In this document: positions 45,526-56,199 of the stretch, one piece after another | Numbering within the stretch: the first letter of the stretch is position 1 | How the letters are laid out: each line of letters starts with the position of its first letter | Assembly: GCA_965218435.1 (NCBI GenBank) | Contig: CBDCKW010000009.1 | Location: 2,528,001-2,592,000, forward strand | DNA length: 64,000 nucleotides | Direction: 5' to 3' | DNA from: Truepera sp. | GTDB lineage: Bacteria > Deinococcota > Deinococci > Deinococcales > Trueperaceae | Program-made: the position numbers and the translations under genes | The notes under the pieces: model-generated | Database searches by the model: none | Seen by the model: only the letters and a program-made list of their open reading frames with translations | What the model was told of the DNA's origin: nothing

Positions 45526-46701
45526 GTGTCCGGCCCCTCTAAACGCTCTGTCAAAACCTCTGCCAAACGTACCGCCAAACCCTCCCGCAAAGACTCACGC
45601 CCGGCGCCGAGACGACTAAAACAGCAGGCAAATCAGCGGCAAATAAACCAGAAACAAACAAAACAGGCTGCGAACCTAACCTACGAGGCCGAGGTGTTAC
45701 CGGGACTCGAGCCCTTTACGCTAACCGAACTTAAAGGGTTAAAAGGGGTGCAGCAGGTTAAGCAAGCAGAGGGCGCGGTTGCATTTCGTTTTGTGGGTGA
45801 CGCGGCGCGGCTGTTGGGCCTAAAGACGGTGACTTCAGTCTACGAAGTTCTGACCTTCGCCGTTCCCCGCCCCAAGGCGCTACTCGGACACGAACACCTC
45901 TCGAGGCTCACGAAGGCAGTTTCGGCGCTTCAGACCGGTCAGTTCAGCAGTTTTCGGCTGAGCGCCGCCGGGGACGACTCTATAGTATTTCGGCGGTTGG
46001 GCGAACAGCTCGCTCAAACAACCGGGTTGGTTCAGAGCGCAGGGACGCAAGACACCGACGGCGATCTGCTCGTCCGGGTACGGCGTGCGCCCGAAAATAG
46101 CTGGTCCGGGGGCGGCTGGGAAGTCCTATTACGCCTGACACCTCGCCCTCTCTCGGCGAGAGCGTGGCGCGTCTGCAACCTGCCGGGCGGCCTCAACGCG
46201 GCGCTGGCGGCGGTGATGGTCGGCCTCGCCGAGATTAGACCCGGCGAGCGTGTCTTCAATCCGATGTGTGGGAGCGGCACGCTGCTGGTCGAGGCGGGAC
46301 TCGGCGCGGAGCCGGACGCTATCACGCTAACGGGGTGCGATCAGGCTCCGGCGGCGCTGGCGTGCAGCGCCCAAAACGTAGCGGCGGCAGGGCTTTCCGC
46401 AGAGCTGTTTGAAGCCGACGCGACCACGACCGGACTCGCTGAAAACAGCGTAGACGTTTTTTTGAGCGACCCGCCGTGGGGCGACGCGGTGGGAACCCAT
46501 AAAGACAACGCGGCGCTCTATCCGGCGCTGTTAGCCGAATGCGCACGAATTGCCGCGCCGGGGGCACGTTTTGTCTTGTTGACTCATGAAATCAGGTTGC
46601 TCGAGCGCCTGCTAGAAAAGAGCGTTTGGCAACTCGAGACGCAGTTCCGGGTGTTTCACGGGGGGCACTATCCGCGGGTCTACCTGCTTAAAAAACCCTA
46701 G
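45526..46701 (+). CDS. THUMP-like / UPF0020 RNA methyltransferase
   Basis: NPMCGSGTLLVE, SDPPWG; start moved to GTG 45526 (TACACT-N6). Confidence 0.85.
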   Translation: MSGPSKRSVKTSAKRTAKPSRKDSRPAPRRLKQQANQRQINQKQTKQAANLTYEAEVLPGLEPFTLTELKGLKGVQQVKQAEGAVAFRFVGDAARLLGLKTVTSVYEVLTFAVPRPKALLGHEHLSRLTKAVSALQTGQFSSFRLSAAGDDSIVFRRLGEQLAQTTGLVQSAGTQDTDGDLLVRVRRAPENSWSGGGWEVLLRLTPRPLSARAWRVCNLPGGLNAALAAVMVGLAEIRPGERVFNPMCGSGTLLVEAGLGAEPDAITLTGCDQAPAALACSAQNVAAAGLSAELFEADATTTGLAENSVDVFLSDPPWGDAVGTHKDNAALYPALLAECARIAAPGARFVLLTHEIRLLERLLEKSVWQLETQFRVFHGGHYPRVYLLKKP

Positions 46702-46823
46702 CTTCTGCAGACGTAACGGCCGAGCAAGCGTCGGCTCAACCTAGCTAAACAGGCTCAACCGTGCTAGAATCGTAAGGTTTTGACTCAGGGCTCATCAGTG
46801 GGGCTCTTGGGCGAGAGGTGAAT

Positions 46824-47051
46824 ATGGCAAAAGTATGTGCAATCTGTGGCAAAAAGCCCATCGTCGGTAATCAAGTTGTGCAGAGCGGTAAAGCCAAACG
46901 TGAAGGCGGCGTCGGTAAAAAAACGACCGGCATCACCAAAGTCTGGAAACAGCCTAATCTGCAACGCGTCAAAGTCTTTTCCGGGGGCCACGCCCGCGCG
47001 GCGCGCGTCTGCACCTCGTGTATCCGCTCAGGCCGGACCATCGGCGCGTAA
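46824..47051 (+). CDS. rpmB: 50S ribosomal protein L28 (Zn-binding form)
   Basis: [39 protein letters not shown]. Confidence 0.95.
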   Translation: MAKVCAICGKKPIVGNQVVQSGKAKREGGVGKKTTGITKVWKQPNLQRVKVFSGGHARAARVCTSCIRSGRTIGA

Positions 47052-47071
47052 ACGCGGCTGAGCCTAAGTTG

Positions 47072-47093
47072 AGAGCCCTGCGGGGCTCTTTTT
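47072..47093 (+). terminator. Intrinsic terminator of rpmB
   Basis: AGAGCCC-TGCG-GGGCTCT then T4. Confidence 0.8.
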
Positions 47094-47099
47094 GATGGA

Positions 47100-47774
47100 C
47101 TAACCGTCTTTAAGCGGCGCAAGCCCCAGATGCAAAAGGTAACGCTGACGCCCGCCCCGGCGGTGGTAGCGCCCAATCAGGTCAACGAGTTCACCGAGCA
47201 GCGCCTTGGCGTCGCCGGGTTCTAGCCAAACTTCCGGCGACCAAAAGGGCAAAACCGACGGCGCTCCGGGGTGTAATGGGTCGAAGAGCGTATCGGGTCC
47301 ACCAGAAATGCGTGTCCGCACGTCAGACTCGTCTGCACGCCAGACCGTCAAGCCGATCTCTGTTTCTACTTGCGCCATAACATGAGCGACGTTTTGGTAA
47401 AAGAGCGTTTGCAGCGGCGTGTCTAGCTTTAAGAAAAGTGCTTCTACCGTCTCCGCCTGCGTCAGCGCAAACGGCACGTAAAATGCGTCCGCGACCGAGC
47501 GGTAAACCTTGAGCGTGCGCCCCGCACGCGGCATTTCACGCACGACTTCGAGTAACCCCGCCGCCTGCAATTGCCGCACGCGGTAAAGCAGGCTGTTGGG
47601 CGTCACGCCGAGTTCCCCGGCAGCCTGAGTCACGGTACAGTCACGCGCTAAAAAGGGCTCGAGGTAACGCTGCTTGAGCGGGTCGGTGAGCAGTTCGGCA
47701 GCCTCCGGCGTCGTGACGCTCAGAGGGCTAGATGACGAATTGGGTAGCGTGCTAGGTGAATCTGGGCCTTCCAC
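47100..47774 (-). CDS. Winged-HTH (ArsR-like) regulator, paralogue of 22672-23319
   Basis: PFLARDCTVTQAAGELGVTPNSLLYRVRQLQAAGLLEV..RAGRTLKVYRSV; start GTG 47774 (TATGCT-N7) or ATG 47786. Confidence 0.8.
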   Translation of the reverse strand: MEGPDSPSTLPNSSSSPLSVTTPEAAELLTDPLKQRYLEPFLARDCTVTQAAGELGVTPNSLLYRVRQLQAAGLLEVVREMPRAGRTLKVYRSVADAFYVPFALTQAETVEALFLKLDTPLQTLFYQNVAHVMAQVETEIGLTVWRADESDVRTRISGGPDTLFDPLHPGAPSVLPFWSPEVWLEPGDAKALLGELVDLIGRYHRRGGRQRYLLHLGLAPLKDG

Positions 47775-47838
47775 CTCACCCAGCATAACGCGCAGTCTGT
47801 TTCTGGAGCCGGTAGAGCCGGTGAAGGGAGAGCAAACT

Positions 47839-49194
47839 GTGTGGAACCTCAGCCGCAACTTAGACGCGCTCGTCAGGGCGCACGTCCAGCAAGGGACGTT
47901 TAGCGGGTGCGTGCTCGTGGCGCGGGGCGACAGGGCGGTGCTCCGTAAAGGCTACGGTAAAGCCAACCTCGAGCTTGGCGTCCCGGTCACCCGTGAGCAC
48001 GCGTTTCGTATCGGTTCTATCGCCAAGGTACTGACGGCCTCGGCTGTGTTGCGCTTGGCAGACGCGGGGCGGCTTGCGTTGGGAGACAGGCTGGAGGCGT
48101 ATTTACCGAATTTCCCCGACGCCCAAGACGTGACGCTCGAGCAACTGCTGTCCAATACGTCAGGAATCGCCGACCACATCACCCGTGAAGACGCCGCCGA
48201 GTGGTGCGGACGACCGCACACCCTGTCGGAACTGCTCGAGCTGATTGCTGAGACGCCGCGCCTCTTCGCGCCGGGTGAACGCTTTAGTTACAGCAACGCG
48301 AACTGGGCGCTGCTGGCCGCGGTGCTTGAAAGTGCGACCGGACGACCCTTTGCCAGGGCACTTGCAGACCTCGTACTGACGCCGCTGGGACTCACCCGAA
48401 CCACCGTAGGAACGGACAGTCCGCTCGTCCCAGGCGGCGTTTCGGGGTATCAGCTCGGTGAAGACGGCCTTCGTCCTGCCGCGCATCTTGACCTGTCCGT
48501 CGAGATCGGCGCGGGCGGACTCTACAGCACCGTGGATGACCTCTACCGGCTTAACAAAGTGCTTACCAAAGACGGTTTTCTAACACCTGAGACGCGTGGG
48601 CGTATGACGACGCCGGTTATCCAACCGGTTGAGCAGGGCGCGTCAGTGGGGTACGGCTACGGCGTGATGACCGGGCACAGGTTCGGGCGGCCGTGGTTAG
48701 GGCATAGTGGCGGCACCTTCGGGTTTAGCGCCTTTTTGACACACTATCCCGGTGCTGTGCCCCGTAACGACGTGACGATTATCGTACTTTCAAACCTCGA
48801 GAACGGAAGCGCCGCCGACCTCGAGCAGTCCTTAGCCGCCGCTCTGTTCGGCGAACCCTACAGCTTGCCGCGAGCCGCTCCTCAAGTTGAGGTATCCCGT
48901 GACGTGCTGGTAACTTACGTGGGGCGTTACCGAACCGAGTACGCGGGCCGCATTACCGACGCCCGTATTATCCTAGACGGTAGCTCAGACGGTGCGCGCC
49001 TCTATGTTCAGTTTCCGCTTTTACCGAAAGCGCGACTTGGGGCGCTCTCGGCGACCCGGTTTGAGGGGCGGCTCAAAGGGGGCAAGGTGAGCTTTGACTT
49101 CGTACTTGAAGCAGGACAGGTGACCGGCGTCAAGCTCGACTGGTCGGGTCAAAAGTTATTCGCACCGAGGCTCGAGGCCATAGAAAATGTTTAG
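47839..49194 (+). CDS. Serine hydrolase, beta-lactamase class C/peptidase S12 family
   Basis: FRIGSIAK (SxxK), FSYSN (YxN), GHSGG; start moved to GTG 47839 after GAAGGGAG. Confidence 0.9.
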   Translation: MWNLSRNLDALVRAHVQQGTFSGCVLVARGDRAVLRKGYGKANLELGVPVTREHAFRIGSIAKVLTASAVLRLADAGRLALGDRLEAYLPNFPDAQDVTLEQLLSNTSGIADHITREDAAEWCGRPHTLSELLELIAETPRLFAPGERFSYSNANWALLAAVLESATGRPFARALADLVLTPLGLTRTTVGTDSPLVPGGVSGYQLGEDGLRPAAHLDLSVEIGAGGLYSTVDDLYRLNKVLTKDGFLTPETRGRMTTPVIQPVEQGASVGYGYGVMTGHRFGRPWLGHSGGTFGFSAFLTHYPGAVPRNDVTIIVLSNLENGSAADLEQSLAAALFGEPYSLPRAAPQVEVSRDVLVTYVGRYRTEYAGRITDARIILDGSSDGARLYVQFPLLPKARLGALSATRFEGRLKGGKVSFDFVLEAGQVTGVKLDWSGQKLFAPRLEAIENV

Positions 49195-49282
49195 TAGATG
49201 TCCGGTAAGCGTCCGCTAGACGTTCGGCGTCGCCCCTAGCAGCACCCGTAGCGGCACCGAGGGTGCGTGCTAGACTCAGCAC

Positions 49283-50632
49283 GTGGCTGAAAAGAACAAC
49301 GCACGCAGCAAACGCGAAGCGGTCCGAAACCCAACCGCGTTTGAGGTAGTTTGGCGCAATGTCTGGGTCCGGGCCGTGGTGCAGCTCATGCTGCTTATCG
49401 GCGTGGTCTGGATTTTGATTCACTTTCGCGCTAACTACGCGTTTGCGCTGCAAACGGCGCTGATCGGCTTTGTCATCGCCTACATCTTAAACCCGCTGGT
49501 TGACGGGATGGGCCGCATCCGTATCCGCCGCGCTCCAGCGACGGTCATCGTTTACATCTTGATCATCTTGCTACTCGTCTTCGGTACCTATTTGCTCACG
49601 CAGATCGTGGGTCAGCTCGGACGGTTTGTCAACGCGGTGCCGCGAGCCATTGACGCGCTCAGGCCGCTGATTACCAACGCTTCAGACTTTTTTGCGAGCT
49701 GGCAGGAACGACTGCCGGGCTTTTTGACCGATAGCTTTGGCGTTGCTGCCGGGAACGCCAACGTTTCAAACGAAGTCGAAGCTAGAATTGTCGCACTCTT
49801 TGACCAGGCGTCAACCGGGCTTACCAATCTTTTAGAAAGCATCCTCAACGATGGGCCGGGGTTTTTACTCTCGGGTGCGACCGGGATTTTCTCAACCACG
49901 TTACAGGTTTTTTTGATTTTGGTAGCGAGCGCCTACTTTCTCAACGATTTTCCTAAGTTCATCGCCAACTTCAAACGCTTTATCCCGCTGCGTTACCGCG
50001 CTATCTACGAAGACATCGGCGAAAAAGCAGATTTAGCTGTTGGCGGCTACCTGCGCGGGCAGCTCCTTATCGCGCTCGTGCTAGGAATATTCCTCTATAT
50101 CGGCTTACGCTTAATTGGGATTAAGGTAGCGTTGGCGGTCAGCTTTTTGGCAGCGGTGCTAAACTTGGTGCCGTATCTCGGCTCGATTGTCGGGGCGATT
50201 CCGGCCATTTTGCTGGGGCTCACCACGCAGACGCCTTTTACCTCGGCGCTTTTGGTCATCATCTTGTTTATCGTTGCCAATCAGTTAGAGGGTAATCTGC
50301 TCTCCCCTTTTATCTTGTCGCGCTCGACGAACCTGCACCCGGTGACGGTTTTGATTGCCATCACCTTCGGCCTCGGGACGTTTGGCTTAGTCGGGGCCAT
50401 CTTTGCAGTGCCGACCGTGGCGCTCGGCAAGTTGGTGCTCGAGACCTACCTCCTTAAACGCCCCGCTTACACCGGTGCTGGGCCGGACGTAGAGGTCTAT
50501 CCACTCCAAAGCTCAGGCAACACCGCCCCAAACCCGGAGAAGCGTCCCCAGTCCCAAAACGCAAACGAAGAGACGCCTAACAAAGAGACGCCCAAATCCT
50601 CAGGCGAGTCCTCAGGCCGAAACACCGGCTAG
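49283..50632 (+). CDS. AI-2E family transporter
   Basis: AYILNPLV, GYLRGQ, NLVPYLG, QLEGNLLSP, LHPV. Confidence 0.92.
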   Translation: MAEKNNARSKREAVRNPTAFEVVWRNVWVRAVVQLMLLIGVVWILIHFRANYAFALQTALIGFVIAYILNPLVDGMGRIRIRRAPATVIVYILIILLLVFGTYLLTQIVGQLGRFVNAVPRAIDALRPLITNASDFFASWQERLPGFLTDSFGVAAGNANVSNEVEARIVALFDQASTGLTNLLESILNDGPGFLLSGATGIFSTTLQVFLILVASAYFLNDFPKFIANFKRFIPLRYRAIYEDIGEKADLAVGGYLRGQLLIALVLGIFLYIGLRLIGIKVALAVSFLAAVLNLVPYLGSIVGAIPAILLGLTTQTPFTSALLVIILFIVANQLEGNLLSPFILSRSTNLHPVTVLIAITFGLGTFGLVGAIFAVPTVALGKLVLETYLLKRPAYTGAGPDVEVYPLQSSGNTAPNPEKRPQSQNANEETPNKETPKSSGESSGRNTG

Positions 50633-50672
50633 ACACGGACGGGTCAGGGCAGACTTGGGGGTAAACTAGGGC

Positions 50673-53645
50673 GTGGCAAGAGAACCGGTAACCGTGAAAC
50701 GTTCAGGGCGTGGGCAAGCCTCTGGGGGCGCAGGGCGCAAAAAGGCCAAGGGGCGAAGCAAAGGAAAAACCAAAGAGGGCGACCTCGAGGCGCTTGGACT
50801 CGTGCTCTTCGCGCTCGGCGTCTTACTTTTAGGGCTTTTGCTGCCCCTTCCAACCGGCGAACTCGGCGCACTTTTACGCGGCTTATTCACCGACCGTATC
50901 GGCTTCGGCGCGTATTTGCTGCCGTGGCCGCCCCTCGTGTTGGGCGGACTATTGCTCCTCCGGCAAGCACCCAAAGCGTGGCCGCGGGCGCTGGCCGGGT
51001 ACGCGGTGACGGCCCTCGGTGCGTGGCTCCTCGTCTCTTTGGTGCAGCCTGCCGGTCTGGAAGGGGGCGCGTGGGGTCAGGCCCTACGTGAAGGGGTCGG
51101 CGGCGGCGTCGGGATTTTTGCGCTGGTCGTAGCGATTATCGTGATCTCTATCGGCGTAGACATCTTTTTGGCCTATCCACCGACGACCTTGCTCTTAACC
51201 GGCACGCGCAAAAGCGTGTTGGGCGTGCAGCAGGCGGTGCGCGGCAGCAAAGCGGTGCGCCGTGAGGTCAAAGACCGGGCTGCATTTAGAGCAGACGTCG
51301 CCCTCTCAAAAGGACGTTTGCGCGGGCTTTCGCACGACTTAGGCGCACTTGGCGGACTCTATCCGGGCAGCGCCGAGCTGACGCACTGGCAAGAAGCGGT
51401 TAGAGCGGCGCACGGCCACCTCCGCTACGCCGACGCTGACATTTTGCGCGACGCAGAAACGGACGTGCAGGCGTGGGAAGAGGCAGCCCAGAACTTTACC
51501 GATGCCCGCGCCGCCGAGCTGAGCGCACAGTTGGGTGACGAGGGGCTCCGGGGCTTTGACGTGCGGCAGAGTGAGCTGGCCGACGCGCTCGCCGAACCTT
51601 TGGACGACCGTACCCTCGACGGGGTACGGAAGCTGTTGGGCCTCGAGCACACCGCGCTCGGTGAACGCTACAACCGCTTGTTGCGTGAACGTGACCTCTC
51701 GAGCGCGTCGCTTAAGGAAGCCGACCCCAAGGCGCTCGTTCGAGCCTCAAATCTCCACAATGAGCGCGTGACGACCTTCGCCGAGGTTGACACGTCACAG
51801 ACTTCATTAAAAGCTGACGCGGCGTTGCTGGGACCCTGGGCTGAGCTGTTAAAACGCGTCACCGAGTTGCAAGAGGATTATCCGAACAGCACGGCCCTCA
51901 CGACCTTCGCGGCCGAACTGCGTAGTTCGCTTAAACAGGGTCGCTCAGCCCTTAGAACATTAGACGCGCAAAGTGAGGCGCTCGAGTCCCTCACCGCTAC
52001 CTTGGGCCTCGTTTCGGCTGCGCCGGACGTACCAAAAGCTGTTACGGTGGTCGCAGCGCCCGAGGTTGTGGCAGAAGCTGAACCTTACGACGAGCCTTAT
52101 CAAGACGAGCCGTTAACGCAGCCGGACGTAGGTATGGACGCAGATTTGGACCATTTTGAAGAAGACGAACCGGCCGACATTCCCGAAGTCGGCGGTATCC
52201 CCATTCAACTACCGCCACTAACGCTACTCGATACGCCCGAACCCTCACAAGATGACCCCGCCGCGCAAAACCGAGAGGTCAGGACGCGGATCACCAAAAT
52301 TGACGAAACGCTCTCCAACTTCCGCTTGCAGGGGCGCGTCGTCGCCTCCGTTCGCGGCCCGACCGTCACCCGCTTTGAGGTCGAACCGGCCCCCGGCGAA
52401 AAGATCAGCCGTTTTTCAGGCTTGTCCGACGATTTAGCCTTGGCGATGGCCGTCGGCTCAGTGCGTATCGAAGCGCCGATTCCGGGCAAGAGTGTTATCG
52501 GTTTAGAGGTTCCCAACGCCCACCGCGACCTCATCAGATTTCGTGAGGCTGCTGAATCGCCGCCGTTTCGCCGCGCCAAAGCCCGTTTGCCGCTTATCTT
52601 AGGTAAAAGTATTGACGGTGAGATGGTTGTCGGCGACCTCGCCCGGATGCCGCACCTCTTGATTGCCGGGTCTACAGGTTCGGGAAAATCGGTCGCCGTC
52701 AACACGCTGATCGGCTCGCTCTTGTACCGTTTTCTACCAACTGACTTACGCTTCTTAATGATTGACCCGAAGATGGTCGAGCTGACGCCCTTTGACGGTG
52801 TGCCGCATCTCCTGCGCCCGGTCGTCACCAACCCGAACGACGCCGCCGGGGTACTTCTCGGTTTGGTCGCGCACATGGAGCGCCGTTACAAGATGATGAG
52901 CAAAATCGGCGCAAAAAACTTAGACCAGTACAACCAAAAGGCGCAGACGCTCGATATGCCCGAGCTGCCGTTCATCATCATCATTATTGACGAGTTGGCC
53001 GACCTGATGATCACCTCACCTAAAGAGGTCGAATCGGCGATTATGCGGCTCGCGCAGATGGCGCGGGCGACGGGGATGCATTTAGTTCTCGCTACGCAGC
53101 GCCCGAGCGTGGACATTTTGACGAGTTTGATTAAAGTCAATGTTCCGGCGAGAGTTGCCTTTGCGGTTTCGAGCGGGCACGACTCGAGAACCATCTTGGA
53201 CACGATGGGGGCCGAACGCCTGACCGGGATGGGCGACATGCTCTTTTATCAACCGGGGCTGGCTAAACCGACCCGTTTGCAAGGGCCGTTTATCAGCGAG
53301 GACGAAATTTTTACCCTCGCCAGCTTTTTACGGCGGCAATACTTTGACGACGATTTTGTTGAAGCTTACGGCTCGGACTTCGACCCGCCCCCAATGGATG
53401 AAAGTTCAGCTTCGGGCATGGTGGACTGGAACGACGACAAGTTGCGTGAGGCAGCCGAGCTGATTATCCGGGACGGGTACGGGAGCGTCTCGAGACTCCA
53501 GCGCCGCTTATCCGTCGGGCACGCCCGCGCCGGTAAACTGATGGATTCGCTCGAGGCGCTTGCAGTCGTCGGGCCACACATGGGTTCAAAACCTCGTGAC
53601 GTGTTGGTGACGTTTGAAGAGTTACCGAATATCTTTGGGAAGTAG
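50673..53645 (+). CDS. ftsK: DNA translocase FtsK
   Basis: N-terminal TMs; [37 protein letters not shown]; gamma domain [17 protein letters not shown]. Confidence 0.96.
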   Translation: MAREPVTVKRSGRGQASGGAGRKKAKGRSKGKTKEGDLEALGLVLFALGVLLLGLLLPLPTGELGALLRGLFTDRIGFGAYLLPWPPLVLGGLLLLRQAPKAWPRALAGYAVTALGAWLLVSLVQPAGLEGGAWGQALREGVGGGVGIFALVVAIIVISIGVDIFLAYPPTTLLLTGTRKSVLGVQQAVRGSKAVRREVKDRAAFRADVALSKGRLRGLSHDLGALGGLYPGSAELTHWQEAVRAAHGHLRYADADILRDAETDVQAWEEAAQNFTDARAAELSAQLGDEGLRGFDVRQSELADALAEPLDDRTLDGVRKLLGLEHTALGERYNRLLRERDLSSASLKEADPKALVRASNLHNERVTTFAEVDTSQTSLKADAALLGPWAELLKRVTELQEDYPNSTALTTFAAELRSSLKQGRSALRTLDAQSEALESLTATLGLVSAAPDVPKAVTVVAAPEVVAEAEPYDEPYQDEPLTQPDVGMDADLDHFEEDEPADIPEVGGIPIQLPPLTLLDTPEPSQDDPAAQNREVRTRITKIDETLSNFRLQGRVVASVRGPTVTRFEVEPAPGEKISRFSGLSDDLALAMAVGSVRIEAPIPGKSVIGLEVPNAHRDLIRFREAAESPPFRRAKARLPLILGKSIDGEMVVGDLARMPHLLIAGSTGSGKSVAVNTLIGSLLYRFLPTDLRFLMIDPKMVELTPFDGVPHLLRPVVTNPNDAAGVLLGLVAHMERRYKMMSKIGAKNLDQYNQKAQTLDMPELPFIIIIIDELADLMITSPKEVESAIMRLAQMARATGMHLVLATQRPSVDILTSLIKVNVPARVAFAVSSGHDSRTILDTMGAERLTGMGDMLFYQPGLAKPTRLQGPFISEDEIFTLASFLRRQYFDDDFVEAYGSDFDPPPMDESSASGMVDWNDDKLREAAELIIRDGYGSVSRLQRRLSVGHARAGKLMDSLEALAVVGPHMGSKPRDVLVTFEELPNIFGK

Positions 53646-53652
53646 CTTGGTT

Positions 53653-54594
53653 TTAGCTGAACTGGCTCAGGTCTATGCGAACGCCTGGACAAATCTCTAT
53701 CGTGTTCGGAAATTCACGCCAATCGTAGCCGTGGAGAAAGTTGTCTACTAGCCATTTGCTGATGTCTTCGAAGTCTCTTAGCCTAACTAATCCCTCACGC
53801 TGTTTCGCTAACCATTGAGCGTCAGGAGTAAAAGTCGTGTTTGTAACTAAAAGACCTGCGTGAAAAGGTGAGTTGTTAAGTACACCCAGCAAATCTCTAA
53901 CATCGCGGGAACCTGTTTTACGGTTGAACGTTTTATGGTGCTTGACCTGAACTGCTAACAAGAAAGGAAACGGTACATCTTTCGGAACTGCGACGATGTC
54001 AATACCACCATCTTTGCTATATGTCCCACTACCTACTTTGTCAACCAGAAAGCCCATTTTATGAAGACGTTCGCAAATCAAATCTTCAAACTTGTCTGGT
54101 GGCAAGTGAAGCAATTCTGAGGGATTTTTGGTTATTTGCTCTATTATTTGTGGAGTGACTTCTTTAATTTTAACTTCTTCAGTGACGAATTGCGTCGAAT
54201 TATCTGTGGAGCGCAGTTGTTCAAGAAACCTACTGAAGTACCTCGCTGCTCCCAGAGTCTTCATCTCCTCGACCGATTTATCCAGCCAAGTATGATGAGC
54301 TAAAACTGCAAGCTTGATGCCTAGCGCCTCATGAAGCACTTTTCGCGTCAAGAGGAGGACATTTCGTGCACCAAACTCCTCAACGTTATTGACTTGGACA
54401 TCAATCCATTGCTTATCCGTAACAATTGCCGGAATTGCAGATATGAAAACCCGCTCACCCTCATAATCTCCAGTCAAGGGGCCAATTCCAGCGTAGATAG
54501 GGTTGCTTGTCAGCTCAAGAACCTGTCGGGCGCTCCATTTATCTGGAAAAGGACTATCTTCTAGCAGAATAGACAAAAGATTTTCGTCAGACAT
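53653..54594 (-). CDS. Mrr-type (type IV-like) restriction endonuclease with an unusual N-terminal domain
   Basis: FEDLICE, DGGIDIVA, AVQVKH, GLLVTNTTFT; visibly lower GC than its neighbours. Confidence 0.85.
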   Translation of the reverse strand: MSDENLLSILLEDSPFPDKWSARQVLELTSNPIYAGIGPLTGDYEGERVFISAIPAIVTDKQWIDVQVNNVEEFGARNVLLLTRKVLHEALGIKLAVLAHHTWLDKSVEEMKTLGAARYFSRFLEQLRSTDNSTQFVTEEVKIKEVTPQIIEQITKNPSELLHLPPDKFEDLICERLHKMGFLVDKVGSGTYSKDGGIDIVAVPKDVPFPFLLAVQVKHHKTFNRKTGSRDVRDLLGVLNNSPFHAGLLVTNTTFTPDAQWLAKQREGLVRLRDFEDISKWLVDNFLHGYDWREFPNTIEICPGVRIDLSQFS

Positions 54595-54688
54595 AACTCG
54601 CCTTTATGCTAGCAGTAAGTTGCTGAATTGATGGCTCTCTGCATGCCTAATGGAGAGTTCGTGCGCCTCCTCTGACTAGCCTACGCTG

Positions 54689-55198
54689 TTACTCCCCCAA
54701 ATACGAAGTCAGCGCACTTCTCACCGAGTAGTTCGACCACTCTTTTAGAAAGTTCGAGCTGCTCCAAGCTTTGTCTAGGCCGACGCCTGAGACGACCTCG
54801 ATGCCGAGTTTTTCGCAGACGTCCCACTCAGGGATGTTGGTGTGGTCTACCCGGTCGCCGCCCTTGGTAAAAACGTGCGGTTTAAGCTGACGCAGGGCTT
54901 CACGAACCGTTGAGTCATTTTCGATTTCAAACGGCACCACGTAGTCAACCTCACGGATACACGACACGATCGCTGAGCGCGTAGCTAGGTCCATAAACGC
55001 TCGGCCTTTTTTAGCTTTCAAAAAGGCGTCACCGTTGACCACCACGACAAGCGTGTCACCGTAGCTTTTCGATTCGATTAAACAGCTCGCGTGACCGGGG
55101 TGAAGCGGGTCGAAACCGCCCGAGGTGCAGACGATACGGCCGAGTGAGTCTCGCAACGTGTCGAACTTTTCAAAACTGACGATTTCAGCGTATTTCAT
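54689..55198 (-). CDS. Cytidylyltransferase-like nucleotidyltransferase (TagD/RfaE domain II type)
   Basis: SGGFDPLHPGH (HxGH), KGGDR, WSSS. Confidence 0.88.
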   Translation of the reverse strand: MKYAEIVSFEKFDTLRDSLGRIVCTSGGFDPLHPGHASCLIESKSYGDTLVVVVNGDAFLKAKKGRAFMDLATRSAIVSCIREVDYVVPFEIENDSTVREALRQLKPHVFTKGGDRVDHTNIPEWDVCEKLGIEVVSGVGLDKAWSSSNFLKEWSNYSVRSALTSYLGE

Positions 55199-55221
55199 TA
55201 CAGATGCCCCCTTAATTAAGT

Positions 55222-56076
55222 TTACCGGCCGAAACGCCGTTCACGAGCCTGAAAGCTTCTAATAGCCCGCAAAAAGTCTACCCGCCGAAAGCTCGGCCAA
55301 AAGGCGTCACAAAAATAGTATTCGCTATACGCCGCCTGCCAGAGCAAAAAGCCCGACAACCGGACCTCGCCCGAGGTGCGGATAATAAAGTCCGGGTCGG
55401 GTGAACCGGCGGTGTAGAGGTGGCGTTCGATTTCGTCAGCCGTGATTTTTTGGGCGAGGTCACCGATGTCGTGGGTTTTAGGAGCCTGCTCGAGCAGCAG
55501 CTTTTGCACCGCCGTGACGATCTCTTCACGGCCCCCGTAACCGATAGCGACGTTGAGCTGACGGTCGCCGTAGTGCGCGGTTGCGGTCTCAACCTCGCGC
55601 AAGGCCGCACGCACATCGTCGGGAAAATCTGAAGTGTCGCCGATGACGCGGACGCGGACGCGGTTTTTATGGATTTTCGGGTCTTCGACCAGCAGCCGCG
55701 CTTGCCGCGCAAAAAGGCTGTGTAGATGCGACACTTCGGTTTCGGCGCGGCCCCGGTTGTCGCTGCTAAAGCCCCATAAGGTCACGTGCTTGATGCCGGT
55801 GTCAAAACACCACTCGAGCACCTCACGCGCTTTGCCCGCGCCGTAATCGTGCCCGGTTGCCACATCTAAACCGATACTTTTGGCGAAGCGGCGGTTGCCG
55901 TCCATAATCAGGCCGATGTGTTTAGGCAACGGGCCGTGCCGGACGCTGCGCTCGAGCCTGCTTTCGTAAAGCCAGTAGAGCGGGCCGGTCAGCCGTTCCC
56001 AAACATTGAGCACGCGCTTGACCGACTTGCGCTTGATAGACCTATGTTTGATAGACTCGGGCGCAGGTAACGTCAC
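55222..56076 (-). CDS. cis-prenyltransferase (UppS family polyprenyl diphosphate synthase)
   Basis: HIGLIMDGNRRFA, FSSDN, YGGREEI, IRTSGEVRLSGF, RERRFG; start probably GTG 56076. Confidence 0.92.
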   Translation of the reverse strand: MTLPAPESIKHRSIKRKSVKRVLNVWERLTGPLYWLYESRLERSVRHGPLPKHIGLIMDGNRRFAKSIGLDVATGHDYGAGKAREVLEWCFDTGIKHVTLWGFSSDNRGRAETEVSHLHSLFARQARLLVEDPKIHKNRVRVRVIGDTSDFPDDVRAALREVETATAHYGDRQLNVAIGYGGREEIVTAVQKLLLEQAPKTHDIGDLAQKITADEIERHLYTAGSPDPDFIIRTSGEVRLSGFLLWQAAYSEYYFCDAFWPSFRRVDFLRAIRSFQARERRFGR

Positions 56077-56199
56077 ACGTTCCACTCTACCGCGCACCTC
56101 TCTCCTGCTCAACTTGTCTCGGGGTCGTCATAACCTGACCTTTACAAAACCAGCCTTCATAGCCTAATCATAGAGGGAACATCTGCAATTTGGTCTACT

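Noticed and set aside
47674..47858. Head-to-head overlap of the HTH and serine hydrolase genes
   Set aside because: More plausible starts at 47774/47786 and 47839 leave a normal divergent spacer.
47839..49194. Antibiotic-resistance beta-lactamase
   Set aside because: The motifs fit the broad serine hydrolase/peptidase S12 family, there is no signal peptide, and substrate cannot be inferred.
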